Of a stretch of 64,000 bases of DNA, positions 25,244-38,708 are shown one piece after another. How positions within the stretch are numbered: position 1 is the first letter of the stretch; each line of letters opens with the position of its first letter. The notes beneath the pieces are model-generated. The model made no database searches. It saw nothing but the letters and a program-made list of their open reading frames with translations, and was not told where the DNA came from. Source of the DNA: Carcharhinus amblyrhynchos (taxonomy: Eukaryota); assembly GCA_965287045.1 (NCBI GenBank), contig OZ336870.1, positions 116,994,001-117,058,000 of the forward strand, in the 5' to 3' direction. A program made the translations under genes and the position numbers.

Positions 25244-26214
25244 GAAGGATGCACTTGAAACTAACTTGAAGAAAAGAGGAAATAACATGCAAAAATGTTT
25301 CAAATAATTTTTCATTTTTGGTTCATTTAGATGCCCCAGAAAAATAGCTGTGTGATGATGCAAAGCTTCTGATGAAAAGTTATCCTGACAACGTTGGTGA
25401 TAACCTCGCTGGAGAAATAAAACATTTTCAGGCTTATTGCAAGGAAAATTATCCAGATAAAGGGACTTTATGCCACCAGGATCCATATCAAGTCATCATC
25501 TAAGGTAAAATTCAGTTAGCTTTCCATAATGTTGAAGCAATATTGCAGCTCCTTTTGATCTGATGGTAACAAACTGCTGAGGGGAAAGGTCATTCTTACA
25601 GCTGAAAAATATCAAGAACGAGCTGTGGACAACAACGCTGCGAGCAATCTGCACTCAGCATAATGTATCTGCTGATTTTAACTTTTAGAATATGGAACGG
25701 AAGAATGTGCCTAATACTCATAATAAATCGGTAAGCACAACTTTGATCACAGGCCTTATTACATCAAGCACGGTGATGGAGCTGGCTAAATTGAGGCCTC
25801 CCAGTCATGGTCAATAATGGCCAGAATCGAACTGAGTGAAGTGGGGTGTTATGGCAGCAGTGGCCCAGCTGATCATTTTAGGAATTGAAGACACTCCAAT
25901 CAGTTAAGATCTCAAAAGGCAATTATGGTCTGTGGATTCAACTTTGCAGGTTGAAAGGAGCCCATTGTGTGAGGCAGAAAGAATTGAACACCTCATGTTA
26001 GGTATTCAGAATGTGTCTGGTTTCTTTATCAGTGTTGATGATGTGGTTAGGCAACTAAGCTCGTTTCAAGACAATACTGCTCCGTTACTGCCGAATAAAA
26101 GAAGTGAACATTGAACCATAGCCTGGGGTAATTTTAGAGAGAACTTAAAAATATTTGAAAGAGTGGGCATTTGAGAGTGATTCACTTTTCCGATCAGCTT
26201 GATGGACTGCGGCT

Positions 26215-26990
26215 TGGTTTAGTTGGCAGGAGCCTTGTCTCAAGTGAGGAGGTCATGGGTTCAAGTTCCATTTCAGGAATTTGAGAATATAATCTTGGAT
26301 ATATAACCGGATGGGACCGTGGTGAGCAAAACTGCCTCACAGTGTCAAGGACCTGGGTTCGATTCCCAGCTTGGATCACTGTCTGTGTGGAGTTTGCACG
26401 TTCTCCCTGTGTCTGTGTGGGTTTCCTCCCGGTGCTCCGGTTTCCTCCCACAAGCCAAAGATTTGCGGGTTAGATAGATTGGCCATGCTAAATTGCCGCT
26501 AAGTGTTAGGTGGACTAGCTAGGGTAAATGCATGGGGCTATGGGGTTAGGGCCTGGGTGGGATTGTGGTCAGTGCAGACTCGATGGGCTGAATGGCTTCC
26601 TTATAATTCTATAATTCTACAGTGTGGTACTGATGGAGTATGACGCTAGAAGAGGTACCTTCTTTTGGATGAGATGATAACAGAAGGCTCATCTGTCCTC
26701 TCAGATAGATGTATTGTAAAAGATCCCATAATATTACTCAAAGAAGAACAGGGGAGTTCTCTCTGATGTGCTGACCAATTTTGGCTTCAGCCAAAATTGC
26801 GAAAAGACATGTGATTTGGTCATTATCGCATTGCTGTTGATGAATTTGCAAAGCACAATTTGGCTATTGTGTTCCCTACATTATAGCAATGACCACACTT
26901 TAAAAATAACATAAAAGTGATTGCAGGGTGCTTTGGGATATTCTAAGAATGTGAACAACACTATATAAATGCACAAGCTTGATTTATCTT
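26215..26990 (+). mobile_element. Deu-domain-type SINE interrupted by a younger HE1-type SINE (26311-26619)
   Basis: Head with GGTTCAAGTTCC. After the insert: ttttggatgagatg...aaagatccca...gaagaacaggggagttctc...ggtcattatcgcattgctgtt...ttccctacatt...ctatataaatgca, the pattern I recall for AmnSINE1/SacSINE1-like elements. A tail fragment lies antisense at about 16965-17078. Confidence 0.7.
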
Positions 26991-27456
26991 TCTTTCTATT
27001 TCTGTATTTCCCAACGCTTCATACGTGTGACAATGTCACTTTTAAATTGGCTGCTAACTTGCACCACACTCCACAGGTTGATTGGTTTGCTAATTTACAG
27101 AATCGTCCTGGTCACATTCAAAAACTGACCTGGCATAATCACAGACAGACATTGTTGACTTACTGGGCCATGTCATTACATATTAACACGTCAAAACATT
27201 TATTTTGCTGCCTAGCTGTTTAGTTACATTCCAGAACTGCATAATCTTATAGTTGCACGTTAACGTGCCTTTGCAAATTAATTTGAAAATCTCAGGGATT
27301 CACAGAAAATTTCCATCATCGCTGAGACCCAACATAGAATTCAGACTTTCAAAACAAACAATTAACTTCTCTGCATAATACGAACACAGGGCTCCTAATT
27401 TTAATAAAGATCTTCTTGTATACAAAATATACATTTTGTTTGATCTCTTATCTTAC

Positions 27457-27580
27457 CAATCAATTCCCTTGTGATAGGCATTCCCATTGAAGAACTGCAC
27501 TTCTTCAAAGGTCTTTGGGTTGGGGAAATTACTGGTGATAGCTGGATGCATAATTAGGAACAAGTACAAAGCCGTGGTGC
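27457..27580 (-). CDS. ndst3: NDST3/4 exon (124 bp)
   Basis: Not in the ORF track; read manually. ctcag|GC ACC ACG...GAT TG|gtaag. Translates (G)[40 protein letters not shown](W). Phase 1 in, phase 2 out, matching its neighbours. Confidence 0.96.
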
Positions 27581-28524
27581 CTGAGAACAGAAAATATTAG
27601 AAAACTTATTGATGTGCTTGTGCAGAAATTGCTGCCCTTCTATCCGTGGCACTTTATCAGTGGAGCTTCTTCCTGCAAGCAATTTTTTTTTGAAAGAACT
27701 GCAAAAACACTGTTCTGTGAAATAATAGATTACTTAATTAGGACACAGTAATTACAGAATATTAGCATAATTCAATTTTCACCATTATTACCGTGTACAT
27801 GGTAGAATGGCATAAAACAATTTGCAGTGACAAATTAAAATACAAAATTATTTACCATTTCGGGCAGATATGGACTGCTAATGTAGTCAACATATTTAAG
27901 TCAATGGCTATTAATGGATATTTGCACTTGAATAGAAATTGATAATTTAAAACAAAAATTTACAGCCATTATGTTTGATGCTACTAACTAAATAATCTTA
28001 GCTATGTCCTACTGCTTTCTACTCTTCTTTGTTCCTTTAAAGATTGTGCTTAGTTAGTCTTTCTACCAAATCTAATACTTCTACATTTTTGACAGCCTTC
28101 TATTGTAATTAAAAGCTTCCCATATATCACGCCACGCAAAACAATTACAAATGATTTGCAGTGTGCTTCTGAGAAATGAATAAAAATATTGTTTGAAAAG
28201 AACTTATTCTCTAAATAGAAATAGAATGCATTTTTTTGGGAATTGTCTAACATCATCCAAACTACAGAAAAAATTTCAGTGAAATGCTTTATATGATTAA
28301 TGAAAAATAAACACAAAACCTTCATGCAAGATGGGTTATTCATTGTCACAGGTCCATCTCAAAAGGCCAACTGTCTTATCAAATGTGAGGGGCAATATTA
28401 ACTTAGCCTACTTAGTGGGAAATTGACAAGATCGGATCAAACGATTTTGCTTTCCATTTCAGAAAATAATCAATCATCTGTATCAGCTGGGTGCTCCATG
28501 GGCATCTACAGGCATATCCTGGGT

Positions 28525-29075
28525 GATTTGATTTATTACTGTCACATGTATTGGGATACCATGAGAAGTATTGTTTCATGTGCACTGTATAGACAAAGCA
28601 TACCATTCATAGAGAAACGAGACAGTGCAGAATGTAATATTACAGTTATAGCTAAGGTGTAGACAAAGATCAATTTAATGCAAGCTAGGGCCATTTAAAA
28701 TTCTGATGGCAGCAGGGAAGAAGCTGTCCTTGTGTCGATTGGTACGTGACTTCAGACTTCTGTGTTTTCTTCCCAATGGAAGAAGTGGAAGAGAGAATGC
28801 CCGGGGTGTGTGGGGTCCTTAATTACGCTGGCTGCTATTCCGAGGTGGCGGGGAGTGTAGACAGAGTCAATGGATGGGAGGCTGGTTTGTGTGATGGATT
28901 GGGCTACATTCACAACCTTTTGTAGTTCTTTGTAGTCTTGGACAGAGCAAGAGACATACCAAGCTCTGATACAATCAGAAGGAATGCTTTCTACAGTGCA
29001 TCTGTAAAAATTGGTGGGAGTCGCAGCTGACATGCCAAATTTCCTTAGTCGTCTGAGAAAATAGAGGCGTTGGTA
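28525..29075 (-). mobile_element. Rex1/Babar-type LINE 3' fragment
   Basis: QRLYFLRRLRKFGMSAATPTNFYRCTVESIPSDCIRAWY...IKDPTHPGHSLF, the characteristic Rex1/Babar C-terminal region. Confidence 0.85.
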
Positions 29076-29550
29076 GTGATTGGAAAAGGCAAGACTTGTT
29101 AGCTGCATGTGGAAAATGCTGATGGAAACTATTAAATATTGTGTGTTTTTTGTGGGAATCAATCCTCTTAAAAAGAGGAATGATTTCATTATGAGAGCCC
29201 ATAATGCTAACAGTGTGACAGTGAAATCCAGTTAATTTAGCTCATCCAATATTGCCTTAGGGTATTTCTAATAACACTGAATTCAATTTGTTATCGAGAA
29301 CTGATTCAATCCCTTCCTGAAATTTATTGAGGTTTCTTGTTCTACTGCTTGATTGGCAGTCTGCTCTGGGATGTTCCTGATTAGAGCCATGGCGGCCAAT
29401 ACACTTCCTGCATCAGCTGAAACCTCATAACTTTGCCAGAATTGAAATTACTTGGGATAGGAGCAGAATTCACTGCTGCCTCACTGCTCCAAATTGCTTC
29501 ATGGTGCTCAGTCCTCAATAGGTCAGACAGAACGTCTGCCCCACACAACA

Positions 29551-29816
29551 GGCCAGCAAGGTGGCAGAGAGGTTAGCACTACTGCCTAATAGCGCCAAGG
29601 ACCTGGCTTGGGTCACTGTCTGCATGTTCTCCCTGTGCAATGGGGGTGGGTTTCCTCCCACAGTCCAAAGGATGTGCTTGTTAGGTGGACTGAATTTGCT
29701 AAATTCTCCTTCAGTGTCCCTGAACAGGCGTTGGAGTGTGGTGACTTGGGGATTTTCACAGTAACTTCATTGCAGTGTTAATATATGCCTACTTGTGACA
29801 CTAATAAACAAACTTC
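29551..29816 (+). mobile_element. V-SINE subfamily with an alternative 3' tail
   Basis: Same head and partial V core, but the tail is ggattttcacagtaacttcattgcagtgttaat...cttgtgacactaataaa. The same tail occurs antisense at about 22547-22624. Confidence 0.75.
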
Positions 29817-31224
29817 AAACTCTAAAAATTTTAAACTTTATAAACTTTAACTCCTACCAGTCAGAGTTCCATACTATGGCCTCCAGCACTGAGACATGGC
29901 AGAGGAGTTCGGATATTGTGATGCGCTGGGATTAGGAGGGCGTGGCGATTGGGGGTAACCCAGAAGCCTTGGTTTTAACGCATGTGTCCTTTGTCAGTTG
30001 ACAGGTTTCCTACCCAGAGGTCAGCCTGGTCAACAGGTTTGGCCTCCAAGATGTGGCACACACTCCACAGGAGGTCACAGGATAACATCAAACCCTGACT
30101 CATGAGTGTGGGCTCTGATCATAATAGGAGCCCGAACTCTGATCACAGAGGGTGGATAGATGCCAGATTCCTTGATGGGGACAGCTTTGATCTCTGGCCT
30201 AGGGTGGGGATGGGGCTGGGTCTGATCTTGGGAGGGGTACCATGGTGGATGGGAGGGAGTAAAAGGAGGTGGGATCTAGCCCACAAGATGGAGCATCCCT
30301 GATTATGGAACAGCGTTAGGAGGATTGCTGTGCCTGAGAGTTATGGTGATGATGATGAAGCTTGGGGGTGGGTAGGCATGAGGGGCAGGTACCCCTGTTT
30401 CCTCTTGCCCACATGCTATACAGTGAAGGCATTTACCTTCTCCCTGAAGCTGTGCTCACTTCACTGCAGCAGCTGGAATTTCAAAAGGCAAACCCGTAAG
30501 GTCACTGTTAAACCCATATAACAGGGAGATTCAAGACTTCCAACCTTACTAACATATTGAAAATGCAAAACTGCATCCTGGGAGTAGATTGGCTACCCTC
30601 CCTGGTCCTACCTCAGTAAAATATGGAATTCAGTAAGTTGGATCCAGCTTCCTCACATGCACCTGTTTATCCACTTTACCCATCACTCACACACAATCTA
30701 TCCTCTCCCTCATGTTAAAATTTCCCCCAGCATTTCCAAATCCTGTTTGAATTCTTGCCTTAACTTACCTCTGCACTTTAACAGCCATATTCTGCCCTAA
30801 GGAAATATTGGACTTTATCATTTCACAAAGCAAAGTACTTCAAATGAAGAGTGAGTTTTCTGAAGCTACATAACCCATGCCTAGACTGAATATCTGGGAT
30901 TTTGATATGGACATCCACAGGCTCAGAAGGAATTCCCACTTGTCCATCGGGGTTGACTGATCTCTGTCTCTGAATTCTCAATAAGCAGAAATCCAGGGGC
31001 ACAGATTTGTAAACTCGACTAAATTGCTCTAACTCATGCTATCTTCAGATAAAGCTCATGGGACAAATTTCTGTGGAGTTTTTCACACTCATCCTTCTTA
31101 ACTTTGATATGACAACTGCAGAAATTCCCTCCAAAAATGGCACAGAGTTTTTGCCTTTTTCTCCAGGGTTTCCAAATTTCTTTGCCAGTTATGATAGACA
31201 ACTGAGCAACCCATTCATCCATAT

Positions 31225-31549
31225 GTGGCATGGTAGCTCAGTGGTTAGCACTGCTGCTTCACAGTGCCAGGGACCTGGGTTCGATTCCAGCCTTGGGTCA
31301 ATGTCTGTGTGGAATCTGCATGTTCTCTCCATGTCTGCACGCATTTCCTCTGGTTTCCTCCCACAGTCCCAAAGATGTGCGGGTTAGATGAATTGGCCAT
31401 GGTAAATTGTACCTTATTGTCAGGGGAGCTAGCAGGGTAAATATGTGGGGCTATGGGGAGAGGGCCTGGATGGGGTTGTGGTTGGTGCAGACTTGATGGG
31501 CTGAATGGCCTCCTTCTACACTGTATGTATTCTATGATTCTGTTCTATG
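31225..31549 (+). mobile_element. HE1/V-SINE-type SINE
   Basis: A-box GGTAGCTCAGTGG, B-box GGTTCGATTCC, V-domain and tail. Confidence 0.9.
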
Positions 31550-32604
31550 AATAATATATCAAAAATAAAAGGTAAATTTCACTTCAAGTAGTCAATACAA
31601 TAAAGATACATCTTATACAACTGCAAGCATTTGTGTCACTCCCCACACCAGTGTGGCATTGCGTTGACACACAGTTCCACAATTTGCTCTTCTTTATTCT
31701 TGGTTGGCCCAAGGGTTAGTTCCTGTGCTTTACTGTTTTTTGTTCTTTCATCCTTCATTCATGCCAGGTAGCTCAGGAGACCTCCTACAACAGTTTTCAC
31801 CTTTGAGTGTGATAGGTATGATTATCCTCAGCAAGACAAACCTCTGTGAATCCTCCCTCGCTTGGGTCTGATAGTTCTGATGACGTGCATTCCAGAATTC
31901 CTTTTCAACTGATCATTCAATAACACGCCAGTCATGATTTAGCCATCTCTGGGAAAATAGCTGCCAACTCCTTAGAATCCCCAAGACATTCACACAGATT
32001 CCTTATGGTTTTAGACCTTTTTAGACAGCTCGCACAGCACTGTGTGAGACAGCAGCTGTCTCCTTTTCTGCCAAACAGAAAATCTGATCAGTGATTTATT
32101 TCTTCTCACAAGAATTGTTGGTGTTTCTATTTCCATCTCTGTCTGCTTTCTCTTTGTGCTTTGTGCTGATCCTTTCACCCTCCAATTTCTCTGCTTGAAG
32201 TTCTCCTTTGAATCTGCCAGTCCGATTTCTTTTTTCCTGTTGGTACTGCTTCCAGGTCAATGGTCAATAGGTCACATTGACAAGTATTTCTTATTATGCA
32301 GCGAAAGTACCCTTTACAATTGATGCAACTCATAAAAAGCCATTTTAACCATTTTCAAAAACAACTGAAGATTCCACAGACCTTTAAACAAATTACAAAT
32401 TTTTCTTACTGTACATATTCCATGTCAAAGGTTACCACATCATAAAGTAAATTAATGCGGAGCTACATGAGAGTTGATATCACCTGAAAATATACTATTA
32501 GAATGTGCTTGATAGAACAGTTTGTATGAATAACTGTTTTCCATGTAACCCATTTAGACAGTATGGGAGAACCAAATCATTCGTACCTTGTGATTAAAAC
32601 TCAC

Positions 32605-32701
32605 CTGTTTTTTGAGGTCCAATAACCAGGAATTTTGGTAAACGATCACAGGTTTTCTCTTTAGACCAGATGTCCTTATGTCGTTTATCATCACATGGAT
32701 T
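32605..32701 (-). CDS. ndst3: NDST3/4 exon (97 bp), start of sulfotransferase domain with PAPS 5'-PSB loop
   Basis: ggcag|AAT...ACA G|gtgag. Translates [33 protein letters not shown], including the catalytic Lys of GPQKTG. Confidence 0.96.
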
Positions 32702-33124
32702 CTGCCAGAAAAGGTGGAAATTGGACACTGTATTAAAATGGCAGAGTTCCTCAGAGTTTAATGCAGCGTGAACGCTCATTGTTCTGAAAGGAATAGACAC
32801 TGAACCCTATAATTAGGGTGAGCCACTATAATGGGGGAAATGGCCTGACTGTGATTTCATAATTACATGGGAATTAACTTGTGCCTTCATTTGGAATGAC
32901 ATTTCTTGCTGAAATCGCAACCATGTCCAATAACTAGATAAAATATTCCAAGCTTTGTCCAGTAGTAGTGGGGTTGGTCTGAATCTAAAATCCAAACAAC
33001 GGTGTGGCAGAAAGGAGATGTTCTACACACCACCGTGGATTGCTTCCAGTATACCTACCTACTAGTCACTGTTCCCAGGAAGAGAAAGATATGACCACGA
33101 GAACGAAATGCTTTTTTAAAAAAT

Positions 33125-33455
33125 TAATTTATGGGATATGAGTGTCGCTGGCTCGGCCAGCATTTATTGCCCATCCCTAACTGTCCTCTATTTCAGAGGG
33201 AATTTGAGAGTCAACCACATTTCTGTAGACCTGGAGTCACATATATGCCAGGTCAGATAAGGACGGCAGATTTCCTTCCCTGAAGGGACAATTGACAATG
33301 GGTTTATGGTCAGTATTAGACATTTTAATCCCAGATTTTTATTCAATTCAAACTTCACCATCTGCCACGGTAGGATTCATACCCGGGTCCTCAGACCCTG
33401 ACTTGGGTCTCGGGGTTACTAGTCCAGTGACAATACCATTTGACCGCTGCCTCCC
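33125..33455 (-). mobile_element. tRNA-headed SINE (second family), near full length
   Basis: Homologous to 860-1125, 5965-6290 and 35095-35325. Confidence 0.7.
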
Positions 33456-34145
33456 CTTGAGATAGTTTGATCTGTTCATGCTCTACATAAATAGATGTTT
33501 AAATTTGCCATGGACATTGAGACTCACATGCCTGTCCCACCCTTCCTCTGAATCACAAGCTTCATGGTTCTTGAACAGAATATTGAAGCCACTATAAATC
33601 GAATACCCATTTTCTGACAGTCATCACATCAACAACAAACCAGCTAAAGTTTTCACAGTACGATTGGATCCATATAGGAGGGATATGGCAAAAACACTTG
33701 ACCAATTAAGCTTCCAGTTCTAAAATGGCCCGATTGCCAATGCCAAATAACATCTGAATTTTCCCCTTAGGCTGACTTGGAATAAGAATTTAGCTTTAGC
33801 ACTCATTCCTGCCATGCTGGCATTGCGACAATCTGTTTAACAATGCAAGTGGTCTTCAATAATCATACATGTTGTGAATTAAAGGCAAAGATTCAGAAAA
33901 AATATATAATAAGAGTGGCAGATAGGTTTTGGTGATCAGTTTGATGGCAACCATGTTCTTGGTTGTTAAAATCAGCCTACTTATCAAAACCAGGTAGAGT
34001 TATCAACAACATAATGGGAACCCTGGAAGTGCAGTCAATTCAAAGGAGATTAGTACACTAAGTAGGGGTGGGTGGCAGGGAATGGTTGTGGGTCTGTTAT
34101 CTGCAGACTTCGCTGCGCTTGTTTTAAAAAGGACTTGATGCACAC

Positions 34146-34328
34146 CTGCCAGAGCGGGTCCTTTTGTTCTGGAAAAAGCTCAAAGTATTTGTGTGCCAAC
34201 TGCACAGGGGGCATTGTTTGCAGCTTCAGGTTGGTCCAGCAGTGCACAAAATTAGCCAGGTTCACAAACGTGTAGAGGCCCAGTCGATCATTCCCATAGT
34301 TGGATAAATGTGTCATGAAGATGCTGAT
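34146..34328 (-). CDS. ndst3: NDST3/4-type N-deacetylase/N-sulfotransferase, internal exon (183 bp), end of N-deacetylase domain
   Basis: Minus strand tttcag|ATC...CAG|gtgtg. Translates [61 protein letters not shown], the hallmark NDST sequence. Phase 0/0. The symbol could equally be ndst4. Confidence 0.96.
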
Positions 34329-37300
34329 CTGAAAGAAAGAGAGAAACAGGTCACACTCAGGGAGGTCCTCAATTAAAGAGATTTAGTTAAATAATGTCTT
34401 AAGTAAGGAGGCGTCATTTATAATAGAGTTATTGTCAGGTTAACTTTTTCTTTCCACCCTCCTGTGGATCATGTGATTTTAGATCTAACATTTCTCACCT
34501 CATTGCTGGCCGGGTGGGACAGAAAAATTGTCAGGCAGGCAAAAACTCCAGTGGAGCAAAATGGGAATTTTGGGGCCAGAAAATCCTGGCCACTGATTCA
34601 TTTTGGATGAATGATTTGGGATAACAAATCTCTGTTGTTATGAAATCTACACTTACCTTGTTGGATAGCAGGAGGTCGGAACTTCAAGGCCAGAATTTTA
34701 CTGCAGATTCTGGGGTAGGCAAGGCTCACAGAATGGCATCCTCTGTTGGCCTCAGGCAGGATCTTATGAGCTTTGTGTGGGCAAGGCGGTAAAATTCTGG
34801 CACAAGTCTCGACAAAGTTCAAAGTTTCTACACACGCGCAGACAAGGTAAGGCTGCACATACACAGTTTTGCATTTTTAAGTTCCTTGGATCCAATGCAC
34901 CTATGCGCAAAGAGAATGGCATGAAAACCTGGGTCAGGTGACCTGAAGCTGAGCACCATTCAACAGAACAGTCCGAGACAGGGTACAAGGAGAGGTCCTA
35001 AGAGGAGAGTCCTAGACTTGAGACAGGGAGCGAAAAAAGGTCTCTCCCTAAGTTAAAAAGTTGTAAGGAGCTCAGGAAAAGCCCTGAAGATCCAGGAGGA
35101 TTGATGACAGATTGCCTTCCTTAAAGAACATTCGTAAACCGGATGAGTTTTTACGACAATCAGCAATGCTTTCATGGTCATCAGTGACTTTTAATTCCAG
35201 GCTTTTTATTGAATTAAAATTTGACCATTTGCCATAGTGGGATTTGAACCTGGGCCCCCAGATCTTGCTCTGAGTCTCCAGATTACTAGCCCAGTGACAA
35301 ACACTCTGTGCAACTGCCTACCCTAACATGCTGCAGATTGTTGGAATGATCATATCACTTTGGAGCAGGAGCATTTTACTACGTGCAGCCAAGGAACTAA
35401 AGTCGTGCTTGTGAGTTGGTGCCCGAGTGAATATTCAGGAATCCAGGGGAATGGAATCTCGGGAAATAAGACGGGAAGGTGGCGCGCTGTTGATGTCATC
35501 TGAGTTGGAATGACCTGAGAGAATTCTAAAGTTAGATCTTCAAAGGTGAAGACTGGAATTTTTAGTGACAGAGATGCAACTTCAGTGAGATTGGATGACT
35601 CACAGTATTAATGATGTCTGGATCAGTGTTGAGAAATCCATGAACTCTGCTTGGTCGCATTTGCTATTTATTATGCAATGTGGTGAGTTCGACCACAGTT
35701 TGCCTGTTAATTCACATGTACCTCATATTAATCCTGAACAGCAGAGTACCATCCAGACGAAAGACAGTTAGAGAATGGGTATCATTGGAGCAGTGGAAAG
35801 GGAGGAGATAGGAAGGGTTAGGGACAAGTGCAAGAGGGCAGGTTGAGTTTCAAGGATTTACTAATGATCTCCAGTCATCAACTGTCCCATTCAGTCAAAC
35901 AGCCTTTTGTATCACATTTCCAATATTTTTATTACTAATAAACAAAAGTGCTGAACAAAAATAAAAATAATCTCTTCTCCAAGTTTACTTGCAGCAGTCT
36001 CGCAGAAATTAGAGTTAATCCTGGAAGATTAACAATTCTAGGACCAACGTTTGCCTAAGTGGTTGCTTGCAGGGGGTAATTTTGACTCAGTGGTAGAGGG
36101 AGATGGGAAGGATCCTGTAAAAGCAGCAGCAATGGGGTTCTGAAATATCCCATAATACACAACTGGGAGTTTCCTGGAATCAGAAGTTCTTCTCCAGAGA
36201 GCAGCCAATTTAAATTTCCTGCCTCATTGCACCCCCATGAATGATGGGCACTTACATTATGTGTTGCAAATTATGACTAATGTTTAGGCACTGGATGCCA
36301 GAGCAACAATTTGTACTTGAAAATGCCTTTAATGTAATAAATTTCCCAAGGTGCTACACAGAAGCCATTATAAAATGAAATGTGGTTCCAAGCCGCATAA
36401 GGAGACATTGGGGAAGAAGACTGAAAGCTTAGCTTTTAAGAAATGTCTTATTTGTATATTTTATATCTTGGATCAGATGACGCACCTGCTCTGTGTGTGC
36501 AGGAACTTTCTCTACAAGAATTTTATAATTTAAAATGTCAACTTCATGTTTTAAGCCCTGGCTTCCAGCTCTTTTTACAGCTATGTTTACTTTTATCTGA
36601 GTCCACACCCTGGCTTCAGCAATCAAGGACAGTGAGCACCAGTAGTAAACAGATTCACATATTCAAACAAGGAAGAATCGAACCATACAGTGCTGAAGGA
36701 GAAAGGCAAGGTAAAGGCGCAGAGTTTGCAGAGAGAATTCCACAATTTAGGGCCTATGCAGCAGAAGGCAGGGCCACTAATACTGGAGCAATTATGATCA
36801 GAAAGAGGCCAGAATTAGGATAGTACAAGTCATTCAGAGGGTTGAGTAGGAGAAGAATATCATAGGAGAGAGATAGGGAGGGGAAGGCCATGGAGGGATT
36901 TGAATTCAAGGATGAGAATTTAACAAACAAGACATTGTTTAATCTACAGCCAGTGAGGGTCAGCTGCACTAACATTAAACAAGATTATTTCCTGCCTTTT
37001 CCAGTGAACTCAGCAGCTATATAAAATGATGGTCGTTCTTGGAGGGGTGGGGTGTGGGTAATAATGGAATGTTCAGGAGAGCTCCTGAAATCAGGAAGCA
37101 AAAGGAGAGATATTCAAACTGAAGAATGGAAGTTTGGGGGTTTGGGGGCACGGTGAGGGTGGGGCTTTGGGGCAGGGTGGGGATGGGAGCAATTGACTGT
37201 GGTGGAGTAGAGATGGAACCTGGGGAATGACAGCTCTTGGGGGTGTGGGGAGTGGAGACTGGGCTCAGTCTCATCTTTTTACTGACTCACGGGGGGCCTC

Positions 37301-37664
37301 CAGGTTCTTGGGACATTTCATAAAACAGCATTTTTTAAAAAAATGACATTAGTGTGGATTAAAACAGTTCAACAGGTGAAAATAGCCCACACAATCACTA
37401 AAAAATAAATCTCTCCTTAAAGTCATTAGCTGCAGACAGCATTTCTGCTATTATTAACAGCAGTGATCAAAAGCAGGAACCCAGCTTATTCTCTACAGCT
37501 ATAAATCCAGTGGTGCTAAAGTTAATTATAGCATCTCCATTGTAGTTGTGGCTGTGATCAGGCCAGGGTTCAAACCCAGGGCCTTTCTATTGTGTGCAGT
37601 TCATTGCCATTGCAAATTGTGCATTTGTCTACCAGACCATCGCAAAGAGCGTAGATTATACCAT

Positions 37665-38495
37665 AACACAGAAAATGTTGGAAATACTCAGCAGGTCAGG
37701 CAGCATCTGTGGAAAGAGAATTAGTTAAAGTTTCCGGGGGACTTCAAATAGTGGTGGTATTTTGGGTGATGTTAAACTGATAAGATATGAATCCTAACCC
37801 CGAGCCACCAAGACAGTTTGGCAATTTAAATGTTATGATGAGGCTGCATGTCTCATATGCACCTGCTATTTTAAATTTAATCCTGGCTTGCTAAGTTTTT
37901 TTAGCAATGGTTAAAAAGATGAGGCTATTGGACCCAGGAGGTAAATGCCTCTCCTCCTACCTGCTGCATACAGTTAATCTGCTTCATCAGATAAATTCTA
38001 CCCGCACCGCCACAACTGGAAATGCCCCCTGATCTTTCCAATCTCCCACTCCCATCCCCAACTTCCAATTTTCCCCGACCCTTTAGATCTCCTGTGTAAG
38101 GCTCCCAAACTTCCTCTGACTCCCGACCTCCAGATTTTCTTCTGGCTTCTGTTTACCCCCATCACCCCCCTTGCCCCAGCCTCTCTGACCCATCTCTTCC
38201 CCCTTTCTGTTCCACAGCTTTGGTACCTCATGGTCTAATAGCCAGCTGGCCTCCTTTCAATCTGGCTGGATGTGGCCAGAAAGCAGAGATAAAACTGCGC
38301 AGCAGATTTTATTAAATTCAGCAGAACCTGCAGGAAACCTGTTGTCCCGGCCTCAAAGCAGCCCTGAGCTCTACTGCTCACTCTACACCTCCTGGTTCGT
38401 GTCCAGCACTTTAGCTCTGTTTGTTTCTTTGTAGATGGCACCTGGGCATTTCCAGCATGTTCTTGTTTGGTTTTGGATTTCCAGCACCAACAGCA
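37665..38495. mobile_element. Split palindromic Penelope-derived element with intervening insertion
   Basis: Left arm acagaaaatgttggaaatactcagcaggtcaggcagcatctgtgg (37665-37735) and decayed inverted right arm (38410-38495). Related copies at about 6335-6420, 47565-47650 and 59511-59680. Confidence 0.5.
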
Positions 38496-38708
38496 CTTAA
38501 CCTTAGTATAAATAAGGGTTAACGCTTAATGTACAGCAAGGGGTTTGTAACGGCAAACTATCCAAGCCAAAACAATTGGATATCAAGATACAGCTCCAAA
38601 AAATCATTAACTTCAATTTAATAAACACCTGTAAGCTATAAAGAAAAACAAGCTTCTCTGCTCACTTTACTGCTGTGCCGAGGCAAGCAGCAATTTTAAC
38701 TAATCTCA

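Noticed and set aside
24983-25486. 167-aa ORF, and the many 60-145 aa ORFs containing VSSGCSGFL or KPEHPEETH
   Set aside because: Chance reading frames through SINE copies; no protein-family signal.
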